The notes: generated by a model not told the origin, from the sequence alone. Shown: positions 1-9,011, numbered from the stretch's first letter. The stretch: DNA of 64,000 bases from an uncultured virus (IMG/VR IMGVR_UViG_3300002231_000541) (IMGVR_UViG_3300002231_000541:1-64000); one strand, 5' to 3'. Program-made: numbers and translations.

Positions 1-156
1 TATCCCAAGAACGAAGACGGATCTTTATGTACCACCATCCATCAGGGGTGCAAGAAATTAGAATTCGAGGGATTGTGCAATCATTATAATTTTACCGAAC
101 GAAAGATTGATTGCGCAGGATTAGATATTCCAAATCTCATTTCAACAATATTATAA
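1..156 (+). CDS. C-terminal end of a probable N-acetylmuramoyl-L-alanine amidase (partial)
   Basis: Frame 1 reads ...FEGLCNHYNFTERKIDCAGLDIPNLISTIL*; H-x6-K-x-DC-x-G resembles the C-terminal Zn-ligand region of Amidase_2 enzymes. Confidence 0.45.
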   Translation, partial: YPKNEDGSLCTTIHQGCKKLEFEGLCNHYNFTERKIDCAGLDIPNLISTIL

Positions 157-162
157 AAATAC

Positions 163-191
163 TTGCTTTTTTAAAAAAAGTGTATTATAAT
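163..191 (+). promoter_or_regulatory. sigma70-type promoter
   Basis: TTGCTT(163-168)-17 bp-TATAAT(186-191) upstream of ORF 217. Confidence 0.7.
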
Positions 192-216
192 AATAGAAGA
201 AATAGGAAGTTATCTT

Positions 217-399
217 ATGAGAGAAGATCACGAACTGACGCTCAAAGAATTAGAGATAGTAGTGGGTGGGTTTAAGCATTATTCTCAACAGCTGGCTTAT
301 CGCGAGCGAATAATGAATGATTATGGAATAAAGGAAAGAAGAGATGAGGCCTATCAAATTGACTGTATACGAGCTAGATCTTATTACGGAAAGCATTGA
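217..399 (+). CDS. small protein with a double-glycine (bacteriocin-type) leader-like N-terminus
   Basis: MREDHELTLKELEIVVGG| matches the ELxxxELxxVxGG leader consensus; first gene after a promoter. Confidence 0.55.
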   Translation: MREDHELTLKELEIVVGGFKHYSQQLAYRERIMNDYGIKERRDEAYQIDCIRARSYYGKH

Positions 400-604
400 T
401 CACGCAATTTACCAATGCTTTCAATGGATAAACACTGGCTCACTTCCTTTTGATTATGAAGTTGACGATGTGTCTGAAAAAATATTGCAACTTTCTGACT
501 TGAGTGAGAAAATATTTGACCATGTAGACACTCTAATGGAAGATAAAGAGGCTAAATCAGAGTTACCCTCAAATGTGCTACCATTTGACAAGGAAGAAAA
601 ATGA
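344..604 (+). CDS. hypothetical protein
   Basis: 86-aa ORF; stop overlaps the next start (ATGA). Confidence 0.7.
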   Translation: MRPIKLTVYELDLITESIDHAIYQCFQWINTGSLPFDYEVDDVSEKILQLSDLSEKIFDHVDTLMEDKEAKSELPSNVLPFDKEEK

Positions 605-970
605 AGATTTTTGTCTATGGCACTCTAATGAGGGGAGAGGGAAACCACTCACTTTTGAGCAATGGATCTACTCAATTTCTCGGAGAGGCCGTCACTAAGA
701 GGGGATTCACTCTTTATGATTTAGGTGCTTTTCCCGGGATGGTCAAAGGAGGGAACGGAGCTGTTATCGGAGAAATTTATGAGGTCACCAAAGCTACACT
801 AGCTCACCTTGATTATTTTAGAGGGTCATCCTCAATTTTATCGTCGAGAAATGATAAAACTCCAAGACGGCACGAGCCTGCACTCATATATTCTCAACGA
901 TGCTTTTATCCAAGATTGCACCGTTATTAAATCAGGTGATTGGCGAAAGACCGACCTAATTATGAAATAA
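601..970 (+). CDS. gamma-glutamylcyclotransferase (AIG2-like) family protein, split by probable sequencing indels
   Basis: IFVYGTLMRGEGNH signature; alternative frames give LEGHPQFYRRE and IKSGDW, ending TAA at 970. Confidence 0.85.
956..963 (+). promoter_or_regulatory. putative phage late-promoter motif CTAATTAT
   Basis: Recurrent motif; here about 20 nt upstream of ORF 984. Confidence 0.5.
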
Positions 971-983
971 AGGGGTTGTTATT

Positions 984-1217
984 ATGAAAATCACCACCAC
1001 ACAATTGATTAAAATTATCAAAGAAGAAGTTGAGAAAGTCCTAGAAGAAGGTAAGTGTCCTTCTGACGGATGTGTACAAAAAAGAGAAAAGGGGTGGGTT
1101 GTCATCTCTAACAAAACTGGCGAATGCTGGGGTAGAAGCAAAAGAGAAGATGGAGAGTGTACATATTATGACTCTCGTGAAGACGCAGAATCTGCGCTTG
1201 GTGCATATCACGCTTAA
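984..1217 (+). CDS. small protein with a MKIT..QL..IIKEE leader (putative head-packaged protein)
   Basis: N-terminal MKITTTQLIKIIKEEVEKVLEE followed by a small Cys-containing domain. Confidence 0.7.
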   Translation: MKITTTQLIKIIKEEVEKVLEEGKCPSDGCVQKREKGWVVISNKTGECWGRSKREDGECTYYDSREDAESALGAYHA

Positions 1218-1224
1218 ATAATAC

Positions 1225-1253
1225 TTGACAAGGCAAATAAAACGTGCTATTAT
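1225..1253 (+). promoter_or_regulatory. sigma70-type promoter with extended -10
   Basis: TTGACA(1225-1230)-17 bp-TATTAT preceded by TG. Confidence 0.75.
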
Positions 1254-1285
1254 AATAATAGCGAAATATATATTGCGAGGTTAAA

Positions 1286-1891
1286 GTGAATAATATGGAA
1301 GCTAATATGGAGATCGAGTATAAGTTCTGGGCTGGCGAAACCAGCAAGGAGCAATTTCACACCACTCTAGAAACTTCTATAGAAAAACAGTACGAACCAC
1401 ATTATGTGTGTTCTTGCGATGATTACTATACTAATCAAGATACAGACTCTTTTTTAAGATATCGCAAGGGTGGGTCAGTAACAGAACTCACTCTTAAGCA
1501 AAAAAGAGAAGGAAACGTAGTTCGAAAAGAAATTAACCTAAACATGACCGCCAATGATGACTCATCAGTGGTCGAGTTTTTAAGCTTAAGTGGATATGAA
1601 AAAGTATTTTCAGTATTCAAGGAAGCATGGATTTGGGAATTTGAGGATTGCGATGTATCTTATTATACTCTCTCTGATGGTAGGAGCGTGGTGGAGTTAG
1701 AAGCTCGGCCCGAACAATATTCTACCACTGAAGAGGGAATTGCGATTATCGATAAGTGGGCGAAAAAATTGTGTTGCGAGACCCTTCAGAGAGAGGCGCG
1801 CTCTTTATTTGAAATCTTCACCGAAGAAGCAAATAGAGTGTGTTCTGCTAGGCAATGCGAGGATCACAGCGGCACTAATAGTTGCGGCTAA
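1286..1891 (+). CDS. CYTH (adenylate cyclase class IV / triphosphate tunnel) domain protein
   Basis: EIEYKF, DDYY, FLRYR, ELTLK, RKEINL and VELE motifs. Confidence 0.85.
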   Translation: MNNMEANMEIEYKFWAGETSKEQFHTTLETSIEKQYEPHYVCSCDDYYTNQDTDSFLRYRKGGSVTELTLKQKREGNVVRKEINLNMTANDDSSVVEFLSLSGYEKVFSVFKEAWIWEFEDCDVSYYTLSDGRSVVELEARPEQYSTTEEGIAIIDKWAKKLCCETLQREARSLFEIFTEEANRVCSARQCEDHSGTNSCG

Positions 1892-1929
1892 ATCATTTTT
1901 TCAACTACTTATCATAAAGGAGAAAGACA

Positions 1930-2061
1930 ATGCTTGAACGTATTTCTGAATTCAAGAATCTATGTAGAGATATCTTGACGCTACAAGCGCCAGCGACTTT
2001 GTACTGGCTTGTTGCATTAGTTTGGATTTCGGGAGCCATGTTTGGCCGTTGGTTTTTGTAA
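1930..2061 (+). CDS. small single-pass membrane protein (43 aa, not in ORF track)
   Basis: AAGGAG RBS; CTACTTAT at 1905-1912; MLERISEFKNLCRDILTLQAPATLYWLVALVWISGAMFGRWFL*. Confidence 0.65.
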   Translation: MLERISEFKNLCRDILTLQAPATLYWLVALVWISGAMFGRWFL

Positions 2062-2064
2062 AAA

Positions 2065-2964
2065 ATGCTTATACCTTTTGACTTTTATTATAGCGATTCA
2101 GAGGATAATAAAAATCTAGATAAAGTATATCATAACGGTCAAAAGCGAATTTGGAATGGTAAAGAGGTCCTTGCTGATCTTTTTGCTAAATACGAAAACA
2201 TCGAAATCGATGCAGACAAGAAAGAGTCTCTTACTAATATTTTAAGTGTCATCCTCTGGGGTGAGTACATAGCTTGGAATGTTGCGTCCGAGATGTCTGC
2301 TCAATTTGAAGAATATGGCGCAAAGATGGCAGCAGTGTCACAGGCCCACGATGAAGCTCGGCATTTCTATGTAATCCGAGATTATCTGCGTCGACGGCTT
2401 AATTATACACCAAGTGCTATCTTTGCGCCTGTTCTATATGTTCTTGATGAAGTATCCAAAACCAATGACCTAGCTCGTAAATTGTTAGGTATGCAACTGA
2501 TGGTTGAACCCATTGCTATAACCATCTTCAGGTTTATAAGGCAATCAGAGGTTGATCCGATATTAACCGATCTTTTGGAATATTTTGAAAAAGATGAGGC
2601 GCGCCACATTGCGCTTGGAGTGAAATATCTCCCTAAATTAATAAGACAAATGGGTCCTATCGAGCTTGTTTTGTTTTTATGGTGGCAGGTTCGCCTCATC
2701 AATGCAGAAATAAAAGGATTAAAAGCAATCGAAGAAGATCTCATTACTCTCGGCCTTTCTCCTATAGATGTCTTTAACTTTGCCGAACTCAAACAATTCC
2801 AGTGCTTGAAAGACATTTCACGAGAAATGAAGATAGATGATAGCCTGTGGAAGCCTGTGATGAAGATCGTTCAGTTTAAGAAAAAGATGACCTTCTATCC
2901 AGAGCCTAACCACAGTTTGTTTAAAAAAATAATAAACTCTATTTTTGAAATTATTAAGGACTAA
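2065..2964 (+). CDS. ferritin-like diiron protein
   Basis: Paired GE..DEARH and VE..DEARH diiron carboxylate motifs. Confidence 0.8.
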   Translation: MLIPFDFYYSDSEDNKNLDKVYHNGQKRIWNGKEVLADLFAKYENIEIDADKKESLTNILSVILWGEYIAWNVASEMSAQFEEYGAKMAAVSQAHDEARHFYVIRDYLRRRLNYTPSAIFAPVLYVLDEVSKTNDLARKLLGMQLMVEPIAITIFRFIRQSEVDPILTDLLEYFEKDEARHIALGVKYLPKLIRQMGPIELVLFLWWQVRLINAEIKGLKAIEEDLITLGLSPIDVFNFAELKQFQCLKDISREMKIDDSLWKPVMKIVQFKKKMTFYPEPNHSLFKKIINSIFEIIKD

Positions 2965-2974
2965 TTATGGTAAT

Positions 2975-4090
2975 ATGCACGTATCTACCGATATTCGAAT
3001 TGCCATAACTGCCATGCATGACAAGAAGATCTGGGCCAACGGATTGTACCAGAACCTCTATCACCTTTTTAATATGCTCACTAGTGTGGGGTACAACGTA
3101 GATCTGGTGGTGGAAAGCGCCAAGATCGCCGAAAACACCTTTATGGGGCACCAGCTACGGTATCTGACACCAGATAATATAACTGATTATGATATCGTTA
3201 TTGAGGTAGCCAATACTTTGCGCGACAAAACGTCGCAAAAATATATCAACGAAGATGGTGGGGTTACGGCCACTATTCATTACGGCAATGAATTCTTACT
3301 TAATACCGTTGTTAATAGCCTTTATTATCCGGACGTAGAGGCTAAAACTTTTCGGCCACCTCGGCATGCCATGTGGATTAGTCCACATTTTACTTTTTCT
3401 CGCGATGCTCTAGAGATTTTACATAAAACAGAAGTAAGTGTGTGTCCATATATATGGTCGCCAAAGTTCTTATTAAACAATAATCCGGAAGAGGCATTAC
3501 TATTTAATGATTCTCGTAATCCGGCGAACGTAGCCGTAATGGAATCCAACCTATATTTTGTGAAAACGTGCCACATTCCCATGCTCATCATTGAGCAAAC
3601 TTATAGAGAAAATCCCGGGTTGATAAACGAGGCCTATGTTTTAGGATCGGAAAATTTGAAGAAAAGCAAAACATTCGTTAGCTTTGCCAATGATCTAACA
3701 GGCACCAAAGACGGCCTCATATCCTTTGAGCCTCGCTATAAATTCCCCCATCTCATCAAGCGTGGTGTGGCCGGCACTATTGTGTCCCACCAAACCTTTA
3801 ATGCTTTGAATTATCTTCAGCTTGAGGCTATGTATTTGGGTGTTCCATTTGTACATAATAGTCACTTCTTTAAGGACCATGGGTATTACTATGAAGGGTT
3901 TGATGCCCATCAGGGTGCTCGGCAATTACATCTCGCTATAACTTCTCACAAGAATGTCTACGAATATATGAGAGAAAGGGATCGCAAGAAAGTATATGAA
4001 TTTCATCCGGAAAACTCTAGAAACATTGAAGGATATGTTAGACTAATAGAAGGTCTCGTATCCAAACATTTAGTTAAAAATAAAAAATAA
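2975..4090 (+). CDS. DUF2827-like (glycosyltransferase-fold) protein
   Basis: IWANGLYQN, YIWSP, ESN..VK..IP, VSHQ..N.LNYL..E.MY.G.PFVHNS and GYYY motifs; start moved to ATG 2975. Confidence 0.7.
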   Translation: MHVSTDIRIAITAMHDKKIWANGLYQNLYHLFNMLTSVGYNVDLVVESAKIAENTFMGHQLRYLTPDNITDYDIVIEVANTLRDKTSQKYINEDGGVTATIHYGNEFLLNTVVNSLYYPDVEAKTFRPPRHAMWISPHFTFSRDALEILHKTEVSVCPYIWSPKFLLNNNPEEALLFNDSRNPANVAVMESNLYFVKTCHIPMLIIEQTYRENPGLINEAYVLGSENLKKSKTFVSFANDLTGTKDGLISFEPRYKFPHLIKRGVAGTIVSHQTFNALNYLQLEAMYLGVPFVHNSHFFKDHGYYYEGFDAHQGARQLHLAITSHKNVYEYMRERDRKKVYEFHPENSRNIEGYVRLIEGLVSKHLVKNKK

Positions 4091-4100
4091 GGATCTTATC

Positions 4101-6662
4101 ATGAAAAATTGGAAAGCATTTTTAAAAGAACAAAACGAAGAAGTTTTGCAAGAATTTAATAAAAAAGACGAAGCCGCTGTGATGCGAGATGAAGATCACT
4201 TTTCCGTGTCGTTCGAAATTGAAATGGAGGCAGAGGGTATGGATGAGGACGAAAATTGGGAAAATATGGAAAATGACATGGATCGTGCTCGTCGAGAGGC
4301 TGCGGAGAATTATTTTGGCGATGCTGAAGAGTATTTTCGAGAAGATGTGAGGGGGCGAGATATGCCGATGGAGTACATCATAACTGATGGTACTGATTTT
4401 TTCGATTGGTATTATGACTATGTAGAACCAATGACACTCAAGAGGCTCGATCTTATTAAATTGGCGATCGCCCACGAAGAGGAAATGGATAATACTGTAG
4501 AAATGGTTAATGAGGCTTTAAGAAAATACCTTAAAGATCCAATGAAATTCCTAAGAGTGCTCACTAATAATCCTCACTCACGAAATGAACTAATGGAGCT
4601 TTTAGGTTGGAACGAAAAGCAATTAACACTACCTTTCGAAAAGGAGGGGGGTAAGGCATATCACCCTGGCTATGAGGGGGTACTCAAAGATGACACACTT
4701 CTCCTTAAAATCCTCCATCATTTCCTGGGTAAGTTAGACAATTTACAGAGCGCCGATGTGTTTGCCACCTCAAAAAATCCAAAAGCTTATATGGGAATCG
4801 ACCAATTCTTTGTACTTTATGGAATGGGGGGATCGCAGGGCTGGCTGCATATAGAAAATGCCGCCAATAACACTATAGAGGGTATTATCGGAGATATTCC
4901 ACAGAGCTACGGACATACAACTTATGAAGATTTTTTTGATCATATGGTTGTGACCCTCAGCCCCTCGACATGGGAGGAGCGTGTTTTGGATAAGTATTTC
5001 GGCTATGTAGAGGCCCATATGGAGGAGCACGTAGAAGCACTAGTCAATGAGTATGAAGAGGATCCTACTGAATATCTTGATAATATGGGGTACGAAGATT
5101 ATTTCGACGAAGAAGATTTTCGCATGCGCTGGTATGATAGCGATAGATCTCACGGTTCTTGTTCTCTAGAGGACTTGGAATATTCTTTAAGAGAACATTT
5201 TCCTCGTTTTATGAGCAAATATGAAGATGATCTTAAATTTGAAGAAGATGGATCCCTCAATTGTGGCATTGAATTTTCCATGGACGATCCACCTTACATG
5301 ATTGGTCTAGACACTGCTATAGAATTCTTAACCGACTTCTTTGAGGAATATAATGATCAATCTTATTTTTCGTTTACACAGAAAACTGGGCTGCATACCA
5401 ACATCGGATATCTAACTGAAGCTGGTGAACCTGTTGATAATTATAATCTCTTTAAGGGCTTGATGTTCATCAATCATCGCTATGCAACCAAAGGCGTGGG
5501 ATTCCCCAGTAGAGAGTTTAATAGATGGGCCGGAGATTTGAAAGCGCCGGCCATTAAAAATATTCAGTCGTTCCTAGAGAGGCTTCCGGAAAGCTCCTCG
5601 CACGAAGATGTTCTGACCAAAGAGCAATTTATGAAGAAATATATTTCTCGCAATTTTAACGAACTTTCAGATATTTTGTCTGACAGAGTATTGGACCAGG
5701 CCCGAAAAGAAGGGACAAAATCTATCGGCTTTAATGTGAACTATACGCCGAGTAGAAATTATATCGAGTTTAGGTATCCTGGGGAAACTGACCCCAATTT
5801 GGAAACCATGACTAAGGCATTAAAATATTATGCTTTTGTCGTGAAGGCTTCGGCCGATGAAGATTTTAAGAAAAAGGAATACGTTAAAGATTTGGTTGGA
5901 TTTATCAACAAACTTCAAGGAGAAAAGGTAAGCGTCTCCTCTCTAAAATTTCACCGCCATATTAAGAAGGGTGATGTGCTAATGGTGGCGGATTATTCGT
6001 CGTGTATTTATAAGATTTTTGATCATGCAATGGACCAATCTATCAGAATAAAGCCGGCAGTTGCAGATCCAGATGCCAATCCGTGGACCATAGACAGCGT
6101 AAGAGGACGCGAAGCGTATGAACTTACTTCCAGATTAATGACTGCTCTCGCTACTCCCGATGCGCAGGGAGCCGAAGCTGTTGAAGTCTTTAGGGCCCGC
6201 GAAATAATGACAATGGTTCGCAACCGATATCCCGTTATTTACAGAGGGCTAAATAAGGAAGGTAATGTCATTTTGGATGTGGTGAAATATGATCTCGGTA
6301 CCGCTTCTCGCGCTGGTATTGAAAGAAAGACTCAATCAGCCAAGTCATTTCAATTGGATGTGGACGGTGGTCGATATAGTTGGAATCTCGCCCCTCAAAC
6401 AGCTAAAGTTATGAAAACACTGATTGGGATTATCTTGAACAATGATCAACCCCTAGAAGTGAGCAAGGCGCTATTTAAGGCCGCCAATGAACATTATTCC
6501 AATCTTGACTGGAATTCTTCCCACGAGACTGTAAAAATGCCCAAAAATTATGAATGGGTGGATACTTCGAGCGAGCCGACAAAAGCAAGTGAAGAAGCGC
6601 GTGATGATGCAGCCCTTACAGATAAGATCACCGATATCGTAATGAATGACTACTTAGGGTAA
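4101..6662 (+). CDS. putative amidoligase (COOH-NH2 ligase type 2) domain protein
   Basis: SFEIEM, EEDGSL..GIEF, TGLHTNIG and YIEFRYPG motifs with a large acidic insertion. Confidence 0.7.
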   Translation: MKNWKAFLKEQNEEVLQEFNKKDEAAVMRDEDHFSVSFEIEMEAEGMDEDENWENMENDMDRARREAAENYFGDAEEYFREDVRGRDMPMEYIITDGTDFFDWYYDYVEPMTLKRLDLIKLAIAHEEEMDNTVEMVNEALRKYLKDPMKFLRVLTNNPHSRNELMELLGWNEKQLTLPFEKEGGKAYHPGYEGVLKDDTLLLKILHHFLGKLDNLQSADVFATSKNPKAYMGIDQFFVLYGMGGSQGWLHIENAANNTIEGIIGDIPQSYGHTTYEDFFDHMVVTLSPSTWEERVLDKYFGYVEAHMEEHVEALVNEYEEDPTEYLDNMGYEDYFDEEDFRMRWYDSDRSHGSCSLEDLEYSLREHFPRFMSKYEDDLKFEEDGSLNCGIEFSMDDPPYMIGLDTAIEFLTDFFEEYNDQSYFSFTQKTGLHTNIGYLTEAGEPVDNYNLFKGLMFINHRYATKGVGFPSREFNRWAGDLKAPAIKNIQSFLERLPESSSHEDVLTKEQFMKKYISRNFNELSDILSDRVLDQARKEGTKSIGFNVNYTPSRNYIEFRYPGETDPNLETMTKALKYYAFVVKASADEDFKKKEYVKDLVGFINKLQGEKVSVSSLKFHRHIKKGDVLMVADYSSCIYKIFDHAMDQSIRIKPAVADPDANPWTIDSVRGREAYELTSRLMTALATPDAQGAEAVEVFRAREIMTMVRNRYPVIYRGLNKEGNVILDVVKYDLGTASRAGIERKTQSAKSFQLDVDGGRYSWNLAPQTAKVMKTLIGIILNNDQPLEVSKALFKAANEHYSNLDWNSSHETVKMPKNYEWVDTSSEPTKASEEARDDAALTDKITDIVMNDYLG

Positions 6663-6665
6663 AAC

Positions 6666-6741
6666 GGGGGTGTAGCTCAGCAGGGAGAGCAACGGCTTTG
6701 CAAGCCGTGGGTCGCAGGTTCGATTCCTGTCACCTCCACCA
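6666..6741 (+). tRNA. tRNA-Ala(TGC)
   Basis: Cloverleaf: acceptor GGGGGTG/CACCTCC with G3:U70, anticodon arm ACGGC-TTTGCAA-GCCGT, GGTTCGATTCC T arm, encoded CCA. Confidence 0.97.
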
Positions 6742-6757
6742 TTTTATAGGAGCTATC

Positions 6758-7306
6758 ATGAGGCTAGATCACATCGCTTACAGGGTGAGAAATAAGGAAG
6801 AAACAGCAAAATTCTTCATAGACTTTATGGGTTATAAAAAGCCAGAAAATCTTCAAGAAGGATTTGATATCCAATTCGAAGATGGAACGTGGGCGAAATG
6901 CTTAGTTTTAGAGCCAAGCGAAAAAACTCCTCACAGTACTATGTGGACCATAGAAGCTCTTCATCCAGGAGTGGAGTATCACTTGGCGCCGGAAATCTTT
7001 ATTTCAGATGGGGGCCCGGGCTCTATAGTCGAAGAATGGGTCAATTCCAAGAACGGAATTGGAGGTATTCATCATATCGCTTACCAAGTAAACTCGGTCG
7101 AAAAACTCATGAAAGAATGGAAAGAGCGCGGGTTTACTGACTTTGCCACAGAAAAACCTCTTACGTGCCCCGGTCTCGTGCAGATTTTTACTAATCCATT
7201 GCCACATACGGGTATTTTGTATGAGTTTATAGAGAGAACTTCTCAAGGATTTTGTGCAGAGAACGTTAAAGATTTGATGAATAGTACCAAAAATAATAAA
7301 TTTTAG
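6758..7306 (+). CDS. VOC/glyoxalase-fold protein resembling the HPPD C-terminal domain
   Basis: LDHIAY, GIHHIAY, LVQIFTNP and YEFIER..GF..NVKDLM motifs; real start ATG 6758 after GGAG. Confidence 0.75.
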   Translation: MRLDHIAYRVRNKEETAKFFIDFMGYKKPENLQEGFDIQFEDGTWAKCLVLEPSEKTPHSTMWTIEALHPGVEYHLAPEIFISDGGPGSIVEEWVNSKNGIGGIHHIAYQVNSVEKLMKEWKERGFTDFATEKPLTCPGLVQIFTNPLPHTGILYEFIERTSQGFCAENVKDLMNSTKNNKF

Positions 7307-7446
7307 TCTGTTATACAATTGCATTTATCGATGGCCATAGTTACCTCTTGGATTGCAACTTCTGTTATATAACTCACATAACAGAATAATAATACTGCAA
7401 GCACAAATGAGATAACGAATATTAGTGACTTACTTTTAAATATCAT
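7303..7446 (-). CDS. small membrane protein (47 aa), probably leaderless
   Basis: MIFKSKSLIFVISFVLAVLLFCYVSYITEVAIQEVTMAIDKCNCITD*, directly downstream of a minus-strand promoter. Confidence 0.55.
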   Translation of the reverse strand: MIFKSKSLIFVISFVLAVLLFCYVSYITEVAIQEVTMAIDKCNCITD

Positions 7447-7453
7447 ATTATAC

Positions 7454-7482
7454 AATATAACACAGCTTTCAGCCTTTGTCAA
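7454..7482 (-). promoter_or_regulatory. sigma70-type promoter (minus strand)
   Basis: Reverse strand TTGACA(7482-7477)-17 bp-TATATT(7459-7454) with a TG extension. Confidence 0.7.
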
Positions 7483-7537
7483 GAAAAAATATGTTGATTT
7501 GATATATTTTTGTAATAGTTACTTTTAGAACGGAGGT

Positions 7538-8113
7538 GTGTATGTGATGAATTTACATAGAGTTATTAGAATTGTTATTATTGCAGCGATTACATGGATG
7601 ATTTTGACCATGATGATGGGCTGTACGCCGAGGATCGACCAGCCGGCCGGAGCTGATGAGTGTGAAAACTCTTTAGGAAATGTGGCATGTGATTTTGCCA
7701 TGATGAATCAAGATGGAAAAACTTCAACTCTTTATGAGCATCACGGAAAAATCATTATTCTCGATTTTAGTGCCATGTGGTGCGGGCCATGTCAATTTGC
7801 AGCACTCGATGCTGATGAGATTGTAGAAAAATATGGAAGCGAAAATGTCGTCTATATAACTATTCTCGTAGAAAATGCAAGTGGAAATACTCCCCGATTA
7901 AAAGACCTACAAAGATGGTCAGACGATCTTGGAATTGATATTAACCCTGTTCTCGGGGGTAGCAGAGATTGGCTTCAAGACAGCGGCTATTACCTCGAAG
8001 CTTGGCCAACATTTTATATTCTTACACCAACGATGGTAATTAAAGAATATCAAAGAGGATACAGCAAGTCGACGCTAGAATCTGCAATAGTTAACCTACT
8101 ACCAGACGAATAA
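7538..8113 (+). CDS. TlpA/redoxin-like thioredoxin-fold protein, possible lipoprotein
   Basis: Hydrophobic N-terminus ending MMMGC; LDFSAMWCGPC active site; cis-Pro WPTF. Confidence 0.85.
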   Translation: MYVMNLHRVIRIVIIAAITWMILTMMMGCTPRIDQPAGADECENSLGNVACDFAMMNQDGKTSTLYEHHGKIIILDFSAMWCGPCQFAALDADEIVEKYGSENVVYITILVENASGNTPRLKDLQRWSDDLGIDINPVLGGSRDWLQDSGYYLEAWPTFYILTPTMVIKEYQRGYSKSTLESAIVNLLPDE

Positions 8114-8117
8114 GGCA

Positions 8118-8212
8118 CTCACAAGGACGACAAATGGGGCCACAAGAGACTTTAATATAGGAAACAAGTAAATGCTCTTTTTTATATTAAAAGCTCTTGT
8201 AGAGCCTTTGAG
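8118..8212 (+). other. long imperfect intergenic hairpin
   Basis: ACAAGAGACTTTAATATA(8142-8159) pairs with TATATTAAAAGCTCTTGT(8183-8200); outer CTCACAAGG pairs with CCTTTGAG. Confidence 0.6.
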
Positions 8213-8223
8213 GAAGGTTTTTT

Positions 8224-8412
8224 ATGGAAAATATTAAGTTTAATGGATGGTCTGTTTATTGGGCATGCCTGATAGTGGTAAATTTGCTCGCGTTCGCAAT
8301 GTCGGCTATGAATAACGACTTTTTTTCTTGCTTTTTGAGTGGGTTCATGTTATTGTTTTGTGGAATAGCTTTTGTGGATAACATTAATAAGAATCAAGAT
8401 GAAAGTCGGTGA
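8224..8412 (+). CDS. small two-TM membrane protein
   Basis: Two hydrophobic segments in 62 aa. Confidence 0.7.
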   Translation: MENIKFNGWSVYWACLIVVNLLAFAMSAMNNDFFSCFLSGFMLLFCGIAFVDNINKNQDESR

Positions 8413-8747
8413 CCTAATAAAATATAATATTTCCTGGAATGGAAGAGATTTCATAGGAATTGTATTGGAGCGGCTGGATGGTTTTCACTTGAGAAAGTCC
8501 TGGTCGGATAGGAGGACTTTCGTTGAGCAAGCGATGATTAAGATATATTGGCTATGCGAACCCTCTGAAAAACCTGTACATGCCAGTAGACAAATGATGA
8601 TAGAGAACTGGCCTTTGGCCGGCCCAGAGTCTACGGGACTCTTTTGAGAACACCAATAATTTAATTGTGGACGAATGGCGGAAGTTAACCGAAGAACAAG
8701 AATGGTATTTCGCTGAACATTTTATGTTAGTGCAGCAGGGAAAATAA
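8399..8747 (+). CDS. small KOW/SH3-like 'KVGDLI' protein (probable indel near 8640)
   Basis: MKVGDLIKY..GIVLE; a second frame continues to ...EWYFAEHFMLVQQGK*. Confidence 0.6.
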
Positions 8748-8749
8748 CT

Positions 8750-8980
8750 ATGATATTAAAACACTTTAATCAGGGCGATTTAGTCAAATATTCAAGAGTA
8801 GAATATTTTGCAACGGAAGACGACCAGATTGGATCCAATGTGGATGAAAAAATCGGCATGTTCTTGGACTTTTGGAACGGCGATCAGTTTGATGCGTGTC
8901 GCATTTACATTTTTAGCGACCAACAAATCAGTACAGTTTCTGTTCAAGATCTTTCTTTATTGTCCAAAAACGAAAAGTAA
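8750..8980 (+). CDS. small KOW/SH3-like 'GDLV' protein
   Basis: FNQGDLVKY...IGMFLD...DLSLLSK. Confidence 0.65.
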   Translation: MILKHFNQGDLVKYSRVEYFATEDDQIGSNVDEKIGMFLDFWNGDQFDACRIYIFSDQQISTVSVQDLSLLSKNEK

Positions 8981-9011
8981 AGTCTATTTATAGTATACAC
9001 AGGAGGGCTGG

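Noticed and set aside
6698..6757. N-terminal extension of the VOC ORF in the ORF track
   Set aside because: Overlaps tRNA-Ala; the real start is ATG 6758 with a GGAG RBS
7538..8113. Host assignment (e.g. Myxococcota/Bdellovibrionota) from the redoxin, ferritin-like and PKD genes
   Set aside because: An impression only; cannot be supported without homology searches
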